The position numbers and the translations under genes were made by a program. The notes under the pieces are model-generated. The model made no database searches, was not told where the DNA came from, and worked only from the letters and a program-made list of their open reading frames with translations. Shown here piece after piece: positions 22,023-34,400 of a stretch of DNA of 64,000 nt. Position 1 is the first letter of the stretch. The number at the start of each line of letters is the position of its first letter. Source of the stretch: Azolla caroliniana (lineage: Eukaryota > Plantae > Polypodiophyta); NCBI GenBank assembly GCA_043228905.1, contig JBHGNT010000013.1, forward strand, positions 14,880,001 through 14,944,000. Direction: 5' to 3'.

Positions 22023-24668
22023 CCGTTGTTCAGCACCTTTGTCTCCATCCGTGCCGCTGTGATGTACGGTTCCCCGAGTATAACCGGATGCGAGGACGTC
22101 CCCTGCATGAAGAAGTGTTGATCGATCTCGACATCGCTGATTTTCACTCGTACATTCGGGCAGGCTCCATGCAGCTCTTCCGTGGCGCGCATTGTTGCCC
22201 GTATTTTCCATCTGTGCTTGGTGTTGATCGGCCACTTCCCCTTCTTGTAGAAGTCCATGGACATCAAGTTGATTTCTGAACCGTGGTCCACCAACGCCAC
22301 CACCGGCTCCTGAACATCTCCGATCCTAACGGGGGTCTCCGTGGTTGCTCTGGCCCAATGTGGCCTTGAATAGTGGCTCTCCGCCAACTCATCTTCTAGA
22401 GCCATGTCTTCTAGGTGCGTCGTTCGTACCTCCGCCGGCTTCTCCGGCTCCGGCTCTGTCGAAAGCCTTTTCCGCTTCACAAAGTCCACGATGGAGTTGT
22501 GGAACTCCTTCTTGGCGATTCCGAGCACTTCCCTCAGTGACAGCTCCACTTTGTTCTCGAGGATACGTTCTTCGAGGACCTTTCGTAGGTCCGTAGTCCT
22601 CTCGATCTCCGTGCTCAATCGGTACCCGGCCCTCTTCGCTTTATCCAGTCGCACCGGCATCATTCTTCTTTTGCCCGAACTGGGTCTCATACCGTTGTGA
22701 GGGTCCGGCCCCTCCGGCCTTACCCGCACGCTTGTCCTCCACCAGAGCCTCGTAGTTTTGGCAAGCGGCTTCAACGAAGCCCATCTTCTCTTCGACCGGA
22801 TCACTCCACCCGGTTACCTCCCGAACCCGTCTTTCCGCGTGGTCCGCTTCCTCTTTCCTCAGTCGTACACCGGCTAGGCCTTCCAGCATCAACGGCCAGA
22901 ATCCGGCTTCTTTCGTCTTCCGGACTTCATCACTTCCGACCCAGATTCCAGCCGACGCCAAGTAGTGGACGGTCTCCGCAGCCGTTTCATACCCCCTCGT
23001 CCGACATTCAGATCCAAGGCCCTTCGGGTCTCGCTAACGTGCACCCAACCGTTCCACAAGTACACCACGTTAGCTCTCATCGCTTCGGCGAAGTCCCCAC
23101 AGTCCTTTCGGGCGTGGCCAACCGTGTCGCACCACAAGCATCGGTTCCCAGCCGGAGGCCTCCGGTCACGGACTTGTTCGACACCGTCCCTTCGTGCTTA
23201 TGCAATCTGGAGGTCCCTCACCATCTGAGTCAGCTCCTCCAAAGCCGCTCCTCCGGACGAGCCTTTGACCATGCTGGTCGAAGTCGAGCCAGTCTCAAGC
23301 CAGTCTCAGGTCTCTTCCCTTCACACCAGTGGGGGTACCTCGACCTTCCTTGTCGCAACAGAACCCGCCCCTGTCAAGCCTTTATCGACCCACTCACGCC
23401 GTTTGTCAAAACGGCCACAGACTCTCTTTACCACGGCCCAGTCAATTGTTAGGCCGTCATCAGTCTCCAGTAGGAAGCCCACTTGCTCCCGGTCCCTTAC
23501 ATCCACCAATTTAATGAACAATAGGACACGACTTGTGTTCAGTACGGTCTGGTCCAGCGCCGAAAGACGCGCGAAGCGTTCTTCAAATTCCCGAAGGAGC
23601 ACCGACGCGTTCCTCCCCTTCTCGGGGGTCTCCACCCATTCCATGAAGTCCCAATTCGATAGCTAAAGCGCGTCATCAAGCCCGTACTTTTCAAGGAGCC
23701 GACCTTCAAATTCTTCCCAGGTCCAACTCTCAACCCGTACCTCAAGCACCTCCGCGTGGGTGCCCGGCATTGCCACCCGAGGGAATCCGGCCAGTTGCCT
23801 GTCCTACGGGATGTCCCTCATCACCATTTCGGCTCGGTAAGACTCCAAGTAGCTCGTGGCGTCCTTCCCACCGAACCGGCCTATCGCACCGACGACTGCT
23901 TCAATAGCCATATCGAGGGCGTCTGTGCCTTCGCGCGCACTCACTATCCGATCCACAGCCAAAGCCATGGCTTCTGCAAGATGCGACCCTCTCATCTTTC
24001 AATTCCTCTGCCTCCTGTTCACGTCGGGTTCACCAAATATGTCGTGTTGCTATGCGCGTGCGCGGAGAACGAGGTGGGACCACGGGGGCCTTTGACCAAG
24101 AAATAACCGAATGAGAAGAGGGGAAGGAAACTACTAATGCACTCCACACGCGCACAGAAACACAGATTCACATGAGTTGCAACTAACTACAAACAATGGA
24201 GATAGAACGAATGTATATGTATATATATAAATCGAAGAGTTACAACCGGCAACTCGGCGAGTGACAGGTTCCGACACCTACATACACTCACACACAGAAC
24301 GCGAGATGGAGACTCTACCGGAAGCACTCGGACGTTCCGCGGAGCAGAGTCAGCCTCCCGAAAACCTGCACAAAACGACTATGGAGAAGACAAAGGAGAA
24401 GAACTTCGTTCCAGTTCTGCAGCACTTCGTCCTCCTCAATCCGCGATGCCCCCTCTCTCTTTTTTTCCTTCTCTTTATAGCCCAAGGAGGGAGGCCGTTA
24501 CCACCCGTTACATCATGTTTATTCCCATTCCTTTCTCCCTTTCGGACAGGGATACGCCTCGATTTTCTCCCTACGGAATGCGTGCTACCTAGGATTTTAC
24601 TTCTGTCGACTTGTACCTACCTACGTACTATACAACAAAACTTGTGCCCACATGTAAGGCCCGGTTTA

Positions 24669-27600
24669 TGTTAGGAAACAGGTCCCTCCGAATGGGAAGT
24701 GAGAAGAACCGTGTTGATGAGCAACTCGGCCAAGTCCAATAGGCCGAGGCCGAATCCGGAAATCGTGGAGATAGCCAACACGGAAGGCTAAACTTGTAAA
24801 TAGTCAAAAGGTATATAAGTACTTAGGGCAATCATGTTAGATATGTGCATTGTTGTAAAGTTACTGTTGACGAGGTTGTTGCCTCCGTAACTGTGAGAGT
24901 GAACGAGTGTGAGTGGAAGCGTGTGAGCTCCATAGCCACCTGTTGGCAAAGCAAGATCTCAAGGTTGTTGCCTCTGAGATCTCTGATTGTATTCCTTTCT
25001 TTCATAGTGTTCTGTTTGGAGTTTGTGGACTCCACATGGTTTTTCCCAGTTCGGGTTTCCACGTTAAAATCTGTGTCATTCTCAGTTTCTGTATTCTGTT
25101 TTTCCTTTCCATTAGATTGACTATTATTCCGCACACGTACAACCGGTTGTGGCCGTCAACGATTTTAACTTCAAATTGGTAACAGAGCTAGCAACACAGA
25201 AAATGGAAGGAGACGGGAGCAGCTTCCCAAGTATGATGACCTTCTAAATTCACAGAACTATGCAGACGGGAAGATTAAGATGGAAGACCTTCTCATTGTA
25301 AAAGACCTGTACGAGCCAATCAACAGATCAGAAATACCAAAGGGGGTATTAGAGTCGGATTGGAAGCTTCTGAATAGGAAAGTCGTGGCCACTATCCGAC
25401 AATGTGTCGACATAAGTGTCCTTCAACACGTGGCGAACGACACGAATGCCCACGAGATGTGGCAGAAGCTGTCGAGTCTTTATGAGAGGAAGAATGCGCT
25501 CAACAGAACCTCATTGATGAGGAAAATAGTAAACCTAAAATACAGAGACGGCGAGAGCATGGTTGAACACGTAAGCACATTCATGGGGTATGTAAATCCA
25601 CTTGCAGTGATCAAGTTCCCCTTGGATGATGCAATGCAAGCAATCATGTTGATGTGTACGTTGTCGGAAAGCTGGGAGAACTTGGTGGTTACTCTCAACA
25701 CCTCCTGCCAAGAAGAGAACTTGTCTTTGCAGATGGTGAAGACAAGCATCTTGAACGAGGAGGTGCGTCGGAAGGACAAGGAACCGATCCCCAACTCAAA
25801 AGTGCTCCTTTCCGAATTGGAACATGGAAGACAAAGGAACCGGAGTCCCCAGAACCGGGAAAAATCGGTGACACAGTCAAAGTCAAGAGGGAGGCCTACT
25901 TGCTTCTACTGCGGGAAGCCGGGGCACTTCCAGAAGAACTGTCGGCATTTCCGGAAAGACAAGGAAATCGACAGTACCGATTCGAAGAAGTCATTGGACC
26001 GAAACGGTTTGGATCGGTGAGGGCAGGACCGGAAAGGAACGACGCAATCGCGGCAAACAAAGAGGAGCTAATGCTTATCACCAAGGAGAGTGAGTTGAAC
26101 CTTGCCGGCGAAGAGATGACCTGGGTGGTCGATTCCGGAGCGTTGTTCCACCTGACCCCGGATAGAAAATGCTTCTCATCCTACTCGGCCAGTGACTACG
26201 GCCATGTTCGGATGGGGAATGAAGGTACATGCTGAATTGTTGGCATAGGAAATGTGTGGTTGACGACATCAACCGAATGCAAGATGCTGCTGAAGGATGT
26301 TCGACATGTTCCAAAGGTTCGATTGAACCTAATATCAACCGGTCGGTTAGATGATGAAGGCTACACGAGTAGCATCCGGAACGGTGTTATGAAGTTCAGC
26401 AAAGGGAGCCTGATTGTGGCTCGGGCCCGGAAAGTCAACACTTTGTACCTTATGAATGCTCGGTTATGTCCGGAGGAAGTGAACGTGGCATTCGACACTG
26501 CCGGTGAGCTGTGGCACAAGAGGTTGTGTCACATGAGCGAGAAGGGGATGAAGAGGCTTGCAGACGACAACCTCATTCCAGTGAAGAATGTGCACCTGGA
26601 GAAGTGCATTGATTGTTTGGTCGGTAAACAAAACCGGACTTCCTTTCGATCGAGGCCACCGATGAGACGTAATGCACCACTGGAGTTGGTGCATATTGAT
26701 GTGTGTCAAGTGGACACGAAGTCACATGCCGGATCACAGTACTTCATGACGTTCATAGATGACCACATCCGGAAGTTGTGGGCCACACCGTTGAAGACGA
26801 AGGATCATGTGCTATCCGTCTTCAAAGAGCTTCACGCGAGAGTGGAAAGAGAAACCGGCCAGAAGCTGAAGGCGGTTCGAGCAGATAACGGAGGAGAATA
26901 CCGGGGGCAGTTCGAGGAGTATTGTCGCTCGAAGGGAATCCGGCTCGAATTTACCGTGCCGAAGATGCCGGAACTAAACGGGCTGGCCGAGAGGATGAAC
27001 CGGACCATAATGGAGAGGGTTCAGAGTATTCTGGCACATGCAAAATTACCCAAGACGTTTTGGGCTGAGGCACTGTCGACGGCAACATATGTGATAAACA
27101 GATCACCCTCAGTACCCTTGGACGGAGACATGCCGCAGAGAGTCTGGACCGGTAAGGAAGTGTCCTACCGGCATCTAAAGGTATTCGGGTGTCTTGCGTA
27201 CGTGCATGTAGCTAAGGACCGAAGAGGAAAGTTAGATCCAAAGACCCGGCCATGCATATTCCTCGGTTACGGCGACAATGAGTTTGGCTACCGAGTGTGG
27301 GACCCGGTCGACCAGAAAGTATTCCGGAGTCGATATATTATCTTCATGGAGAACAAGACGCTCTCCAACTGGGAGTCGGACAAGAAGATAATGAACTCCG
27401 AGTCCACTGGTAAGGAAAAATTTCAATTTGATGAAATGCAGTTCCAACCGGCAAAAAGCCGGTTAGCACTCGATGAACCGGCCGGTGACGGTGAGGAGAC
27501 AAAACCGGCCGAAGAAGAAGGAATAGGTGAAACCGAAACTGGACAAGACCCCGAATCGGATTCGGATGAAGAGCAAATGGAGAAGCCAGTTACGGAAGAT

Positions 27601-28632
27601 AAAGGACGCAGATATCCTCTCAGAGAGAGAAGGGCCCCCCGAAGATTTCCGGATCCAGAGCACGTGTTGCTAACCGATGAGGGGGAGCCAGAAAGCTTCG
27701 AGGAAGCTAAAAGTGATGCCCATAGCCGCAAATGGTTAAGTGCCATGCAGGATGAGATGGATTCCCTGCATAAGAACCATACGTACGAATTGGTGGAGTT
27801 ATCGAAAGGAAACGGGCACTCCGAAACAAGTGGGTGTACAAGTTGAAACCGAGAGATGCCGGCAACCCCCCGTGATACAAAGCCAGGATCATGGTGAAGG
27901 GGTTCCAACAGAAGAAGGGCGTGAACTTCGACGAGATATTTGCCCCGGTAGTAAAGATGACTTCCATCCGGACGGTGTTGAGCATAGCGGCAAGCATGGA
28001 CCTCGAGGTAGAGCAGCTGGACGTGAAGACGGCATTTCTTCACGATGACCTCGAAGAGGAGATCTACATGCAACAACCGGAAGGATTCGTGGAGAAAGGG
28101 AAGGAGCACCTGGTTTGCTGGTTGAAGAAGAGCCTGTACGGACTGAAGCAAGCTCCCCGACAATGGTACCAAAAGTTTGACTCCTTCATGACCGACCAAG
28201 GGTATCACAAAACGCAAACCGATCACTGTGTGTTTGTGAAGAAGCTCGAAGGAGGCAACTTCCTGATACTCCTTCTGTACGTGGACGACATGTTGATCGT
28301 CGGATGAGACCAAGCCAAAATACGGATGCTGAAGAAGGCTCTCAACCTAACTTTCTCAATGAAAAACTTGGGCCCGACAAGAAAGATACTGGGGATGCAC
28401 ATCATCCGGGACCTGTCAAAGAAGCAATTGTGGTTGTCATAGGAGAAATACGTGACAAATGTGCTTCAGCGGTTCAACATGTTAGAAGCGAAACCGGTCA
28501 GATCGACACTCCCGGCAAACTGCAGATTATCCGGTAAGCAAAGGGCGAAGACGAAAGCAGAGAAGGCGGATATGATGAAGGTTCCATATGCCTCTGCCGT
28601 CGGGAGCTTAATGTACGCAATGGTGTGTACTC
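24669..28632 (+). mobile_element. Copia element D2 (Tork-like), 5' LTR through RT, inserted in the B2 5' LTR; 3' part missing
   Basis: LTR 24669-25173; PBS TGGTAACAGAGC; gag/PR/IN/RT homologous to D1 with frameshifts and stops; breaks off at YAMVCT. Confidence 0.92.
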
Positions 28633-29099
28633 TGACAGGAACTACACGCTCCTGATGAACAACGCTCGGCCACAACCGAGTCTAAGATCATACACAAAAA
28701 ACGGATAATGAAACGCACGACAAAGAGAAGAGAAGAGTACACAGGATGTTAACGTGGAAAACCCTAAGAGGGAAAAACCACAGGAGTCCACAGACTCCAA
28801 ACTATCACTATATGACAAAGATTACAACAGTGAGCTCATGGAGGCAACGACCTCGTGCTCACGATCTTCGCCACAGGCGGCGGTTACAACAGAGGCAACG
28901 ACCTCTTCGTTTCTTTCTCTCTCTCACTCTCTGTACACTGTTGCGCTTTAATCTTGCACCTACAAGAATGACAAAAACAACTTCTAAGTTTTCCCTAAGT
29001 CATATTTATACTAATATGACTTTTCAGCTATTTACAAATATAGCCCCGATGGCCTCTCAGAAAACATATTTACGAATATGTCCCTTCATCCGGTGAGCA

Positions 29100-29322
29100 C
29101 TTCTCACCGGGCCTTCATCATCCGGCTCTTGCCGGGTACTCCTCATCCGGTTCTCACCGGGTCTTCCGTAGCCGAGTACTCCTCATCCAGTTCTCACCGG
29201 ATCTTCCATAGCCGGGTACTCCTCATCTGGTTCTCACCGGGTCTTCCGTAGTCGGGTACTCCTCATCCAGTTCTCACCGGGTCTTCCGTAGCCGGGTACT
29301 TGTCATCCGGTTCTCTCACCGG
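29100..29322. repeat. 40-bp tandem repeat, about 5 copies, in the D3 LTR U3
   Basis: Units cctcatccrgttctcaccgggtcttccgtagccgggtact begin at 29141, 29181, 29221, 29261 and 29301. Confidence 0.9.
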
Positions 29323-29676
29323 GTCACCCCATCTGGAGGGACCTGTTTCCTAACAAACTCCCCCTTCACTCCGGCATGGGATGTCTTACTAGTCTGATCC
29401 GCTTCCGGCATGCATCCAGCTTGTCGGGTATCAGCACTTTGGTCAGCATATCTGACCCGTTCTCGACCGTGTGGATCTTTGTCAGCGCGAACTCCTGGTC
29501 ATCTACTCTTTCCCGGATCCAGTGATACCTTCGTTGGATATGCTTCGTCCGGGAATGGTAGGCCGCATTCTTATAAAGGTGGATGGCACTTTGACTGTCG
29601 CAATAGAGCCAGTATTCATCTTGTCGGATACCGAGCTCTCCGATGAAGTCCTTCATCCATAATATTTCCTTGCCGG

Positions 29677-29747
29677 TGTCATAACTAGACTCGAACCCAT
29701 AACCTTTTGTTACACGGGTCGAGACTTTACCATTAGGTTATGAATTG
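29677..29747 (-). promoter_or_regulatory. tRNA-like Pol III A/B-box module at the extreme U3 end of the C LTR (antisense; present in all four C LTRs)
   Basis: Minus strand reads TAACCTAATGGTAAAG...AGGTT-ATGGGTTCGAGTCT; G19-to-G53 distance is 34 nt. Confidence 0.55.
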
Positions 29748-29799
29748 TAATTTGAAGGATATTATTTTCATTTAGGTTTTATTGGGAAATTGATGTATA

Positions 29800-29860
29800 T
29801 TCCAGATTTCTCTGGAACATTCTAGAAACTTCAGGAGTATTCCTGAAGACACTATAAAAG
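29800..29860 (+). promoter_or_regulatory. Ten-unit heat-shock element plus TATA box in the C LTR (also 35106-35153, 43202-43249, 48518-48565)
   Basis: TTCcaGAtttcTCtgGAAcaTTCtaGAAacTTCagGAgtaTTCctGAA, in 5-nt register, followed by TATAAAA at 29853. Confidence 0.85.
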
Positions 29861-29966
29861 GAGGCGCAAGGCATTAGTTCGAACCAAATCGGTTCAACGC
29901 CAGTCTTAAGCCTTCTAACTACTGTTGTATATCTTCCTTCATATAATACATATATCTTTCGCATCA

Positions 29967-30002
<36 letters not shown>

Positions 30003-30137
30003 ACTCATTCCTTCTCTCAAAGTTCGACACCTCTCATAGTACTAATCCTTCTCTGTCTTAGTACTATTCCCCGACAATAGTACTAATCCTTCTTTTAGTA
30101 CTAATTCCTTCTCTGCCTTAATAGAGTTCCTGACAGT

Positions 30138-30149
30138 TTGAACCGATTT
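30138..30149 (+). other. Self-priming PBS of C1
   Basis: TTGAACCGATTT is the exact reverse complement of AAATCGGTTCAA at 29886-29897, 33 nt after the TATA; no TGG-type tRNA PBS is present. Confidence 0.8.
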
Positions 30150-30236
30150 TCGGGTGCCTGTCTGGTCTTTTCTCTCCCTCTTCCTTCTGTCTCCCTCCTT
30201 TCCTATTAGTCTCTTATTTCCCTTTTCCTTCATCCC

Positions 30237-31406
30237 ATGGCCACCGTTAGCGCTGAAGAGTATCAATCCGTTTTCTCAGAATTTCAATGCTTGAAAGAGA
30301 AGTTTCATGCTTTGGAACAAGAAAATCAACGCTTGTTGGGGGATCTTCAGCAAATTTCCTTAGAAAAGCAGCAAACGCAACAACAGCATGGGGAACTTGC
30401 GTTACGCGTGCAACAACTCGAAGCAACCATCGTAGCAATGCAACAACAAGGGCACGGAGCACAAGGGATTCATAAAGAACCCAAGATTGGCCTTCCCACG
30501 AAGTTCGATGGAACGCGATCGCAGTTTAGAGGGTTTCTTAACCAGGTACGGTTAGTTATTCAAATGCATCCGTCCCGATATCCCACCGATGCATCACGAG
30601 TGGGTTTAGTAGGCACGTTGTTAAATGGCTCAGCATTAGCATGGTTCGCTCCGCTACTAGAAAAGGAATCTCCAGTACTAAATAATTTTGAAGAATTCAT
30701 AAGTGAGTTTAAAGCATGTTTTGGAGATACTGACAGCATAAGGACTGCAATCAACAAAATCCGGCGATTACGCCAAGGTGACCGTCCAGCCTCCGCATAT
30801 GCTGCAGATTTCCGCCTACTCGCCGCCGATATCCCCTGGGATGATCAAGCATTGATGGAGCAGTTCCGCTATGGTCTACGCAACGATGTCAAGGATTTAC
30901 TCTTGACTTTCCCTGAAGAGCCAAAATCATTAACAGAAGCAATCAGTCGAGCGGTCAGATGTGACAACCGCCTCTTCGAGCGACGTTCGGAACGACAATT
31001 TCAGATGCCGAGGGCAAGATCCGAGCCTACCTATGCCTCAGTGGTAGCGAAACCTTTTCAAAGGGAGTCACATAATGCGCCTCCAGTAAGTACTCCAACT
31101 CCAATGGAAATTGACACTACACGTCGTCGTGGGCCGCTATCGGAGGAGGAAAAGCAACGACGCCGAACAAACCGATTATGCCTTTATTGCGGTGGATCAG
31201 GGCATATCGCGATAAACTGTCCCCATAGACCAAGAAGGCAGGTAAACCAAGTCGTTGTTAGTTCTGACTATACTAAACCCGAGTCTATTTCAGTAGGAAT
31301 CTCTGATAGTCCTCATAGTCATAATAGTCCTAATAGTACTAATAGTCCGAATCTCGCAAACAAATTTGATGTCCTTAGCCAATTAGAAGAAGAGTTAAAC
31401 GATTAG
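30237..31406 (+). CDS. gag: C1 Gag (coiled-coil N-terminus, retrotransposon capsid, CCHC knuckle)
   Basis: 389-aa ORF with PTKFDG...LNGSALAW, PTPMEID and CLYCGGSGHIAINC. Confidence 0.95.
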   Translation: MATVSAEEYQSVFSEFQCLKEKFHALEQENQRLLGDLQQISLEKQQTQQQHGELALRVQQLEATIVAMQQQGHGAQGIHKEPKIGLPTKFDGTRSQFRGFLNQVRLVIQMHPSRYPTDASRVGLVGTLLNGSALAWFAPLLEKESPVLNNFEEFISEFKACFGDTDSIRTAINKIRRLRQGDRPASAYAADFRLLAADIPWDDQALMEQFRYGLRNDVKDLLLTFPEEPKSLTEAISRAVRCDNRLFERRSERQFQMPRARSEPTYASVVAKPFQRESHNAPPVSTPTPMEIDTTRRRGPLSEEEKQRRRTNRLCLYCGGSGHIAINCPHRPRRQVNQVVVSSDYTKPESISVGISDSPHSHNSPNSTNSPNLANKFDVLSQLEEELND

Positions 31407-34400
31407 GTCCAGCCAAAATAGGAGCCGTTTGGTTGGACAGCCCTAGATCTGTGCAGCCCATTAGTGGTTCCATTCCCTCTAAGCAAGTTAGTGATGTGTT
31501 CGTAGCCCAAGTAGCAATTAGTACTAAAAGTACCCCTCCAGTACATACCTTAGCCCTTCTAGATTCCGGAGCTAATTCTTGCTTCATGGATAGGAATTTT
31601 GCCCGAGCTCATCAGATATCTCTCAGAAAGCTCCCATGTCCAGCCTCAGTAGTAGTCATTGATGGTCGTCCCATTGCTTCTGGTAATATCATAGAAGAGT
31701 CGGAACCCGTTAATATTGTCCTAGATAACTTAACATGTGTAGTATCATTTAATATTATTAGTATTCCAGAACATCCCATAGTTTTAGGATTACCATGGTT
31801 CGAGTTACATAACCCAGACATAGATTGGAGGACAAGGGAAATCCGGTTGCGACAAACCCAAGGATCTACCCAGAAGGTTGCAACCATTTCGCTACGTCAG
31901 TTGCGTGAGGAAGGGCGCAAGGAGGAAATGTTTCTCTTCGCAATATCAGTACAACCCTCCAGCACCACCAAAGAGGAGTCCACCGTTCAACTTCCCGAGA
32001 AGTATCGTCAGTATGCTGATGTGTTCGATAAAGTACGAGCCAACACACTTCCTCATCATCGGCCGTACGATTGCGCCATCGACTTACAACCGGGAAAAGA
32101 GCCGCCATGGGGGCCGATCTACAATTTGTCACCAACCGAGCTAGAAGTCCTTCGAGCCTATATAGAGGAGAATTTGGAGAACGGTTTCATTCGGCATTCG
32201 AAATCTCCAGCCGGCGCACCCATTTTCTTCGTCAAGAAAAAAGATGGCTCGCTTCGACTCGTTGTAGATTACCGTGGCTTGAATAAGGTCACAGTAAGAA
32301 ATAGGTATGCTCTTCCCCTTATCTCAAGTCTTTTAGAACGGATCAACGGTGCCAGGTTCTTCACGAAGATCGACTTACGAGGAGCCTATAACCTCGTACG
32401 GATCCGACCAGGAGATGAATGGAAGACCGCGTTTCGCACCAGATATGGGCACTTCGAGTATACGGTCATGCCGTTCGGACTCACTAATGCGCCGGCAGTC
32501 TTCCAGCACATGGCGAATGATATATTTCGAGATCTCTTGGATGATTTTTTGATCATCTATTTGGATGATCTACTGGTTTATTCAAAGACCCAAGAAGAAC
32601 ATGATTCTCATGTACTATTAGTACTAAAACGACTTCGAGAACATGGTCTGTATGCAAAGTTAGAGAAATGTAGTTTCGGGTGCAACCAAGTGGAGTTTCT
32701 CGGCTATGTCATCTCCTCAGAAGGCATATCTATGGACCCAGCCAAGGTCAAAACGGTGATAGAATGGCACACTCCGCGTTCGGTGCGGGATGTGCAATGC
32801 TTCCTAGGCTTTGCAAATTTTTACCGGAAGTTCATACAAAATTACTCAAAAATTGTGCTGCCTCTCACACAGCTCACCAGGAAGGGACAATCATTCATTT
32901 GGTCTAAAGAGACGGACATGGCTTTCGAGAGTCTTAAGAAGGCGTTTACATCAGCTCCAATTTTAGGTCATGTGGATCCGGAAAAACCATTCATTATCGA
33001 AGCTGACGCATCGGATTTCGCATTGGGGAGCATTCTGTCACAACAGGGTAACGACGAGAAGCTACATCCTGTGGCTTTCCACTCCCGTAAGTTTGACGCC
33101 GCCGAAATCAACTACGAAATTCATGATAAAGAGCTATTAGCAATAGTTGATTCTTTTATGCAATGGAGGCATTTCCTGGAGGGATCTCCTCATCAGGTCA
33201 CTGTATTCAGTGACCACAAGAACCTTGCCTACTTTCAAGATGCTCGTGTACTGAATCGACGTCAAGCTCGGTGGGCTCACTTCCTCACACGCTTCGACTT
33301 CAAAATTACATATCGTCCGGGGAAGCACCAAGGGAAGGCAGATGCATTATCACGGCGTTCGTATCTAACACCACGTCCCGGTGAGCCAGCTTTCGATAAC
33401 CAGAAGCAAGTAATCTTGGGTCCAGCACGACTGCAAGCAGCACAGGTCTTTGACATGCCCGTGGATTCCGACATTACCAATACTATACGTGAAGACTTGA
33501 AGACTGACGCTTTCGCCCAAGCTATACTAGCACAAATTGACCCCTCTCGAGCGTCATGTTCACAATCACAATCACCAGGTACGGATTATCGGCAATTCAA
33601 ATACTGTGATGGATTACTCTTCTTTAAAGAACTTTTGTATGTTCCTAATGGTTCTTGCCGCCTTCGAGTAGTACAAAACTGCCATGACACATATACAGCA
33701 GGACATTTTGGTAGTACTAAAACATTAGATTTAGTACAACGATCATTCTGGTGGCCCCGTATGCGACAATTTGTCGAAGATTTTGTTCGGACTTGCGATA
33801 CATGCTGCAGAGCGAAAATGCCAAGACATCATCCATATGGTTTATTAGAACCATTACCAATTCCAAGCAAGCCATGGCAATCCATTGCTCTTGACTTCAT
33901 TACAGATCTTCCAGTCTCTAAGGGATTCAGTGCGATTCTCACAGTGGTGGATCGATATACGAAGATGGCTCATTTCTTACCATGTACTAAAGAAATATCT
34001 AGTGAAGACACCGCCGAAATTGTCATGCGGGAAGTATGTCGGCATCATGGACTCCCTGATAATATCATCAGCGATCGTGGACCCCAGTTTGTGTCAAAAT
34101 TCTGGAAGCACCTTTTTAAAATGCTGAAGGTCACTTGTAACCTCTCCTCCGGCTACCACCCACAAACCGACGGTCAAGCCGAACGAACAAATCAAACACT
34201 GGAGCAGTATCTGCGGTGCTTTCTCAACTATCATCAGAATGACTGGGCAGATATTCTTCAGTTCGCCGAATTTGCCTATAATAACGCTATCCACGCATCG
34301 ACTAAAGTCACGCCATTCTACGCTTATACAGGATATCATCCCCGGTGGTGTGTCCTTGAAACCCCAGAAGTGTCCACAAATCCTTGCGCGGAGGATCGTT

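Larger units (their letters stand above)
14875..24668 (-). mobile_element. Family B (Phygy-like) Ty3/gypsy element B2, degenerate
   Basis: 3' LTR 14875-15541; 5' LTR 24040-24668, cut by D2; tRNA-Trp PBS 24018-24035; gag-PR about 23995-21100 and pol about 21100-15616, homologous to B1 with many stops; left flank GCGT. Confidence 0.92.
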
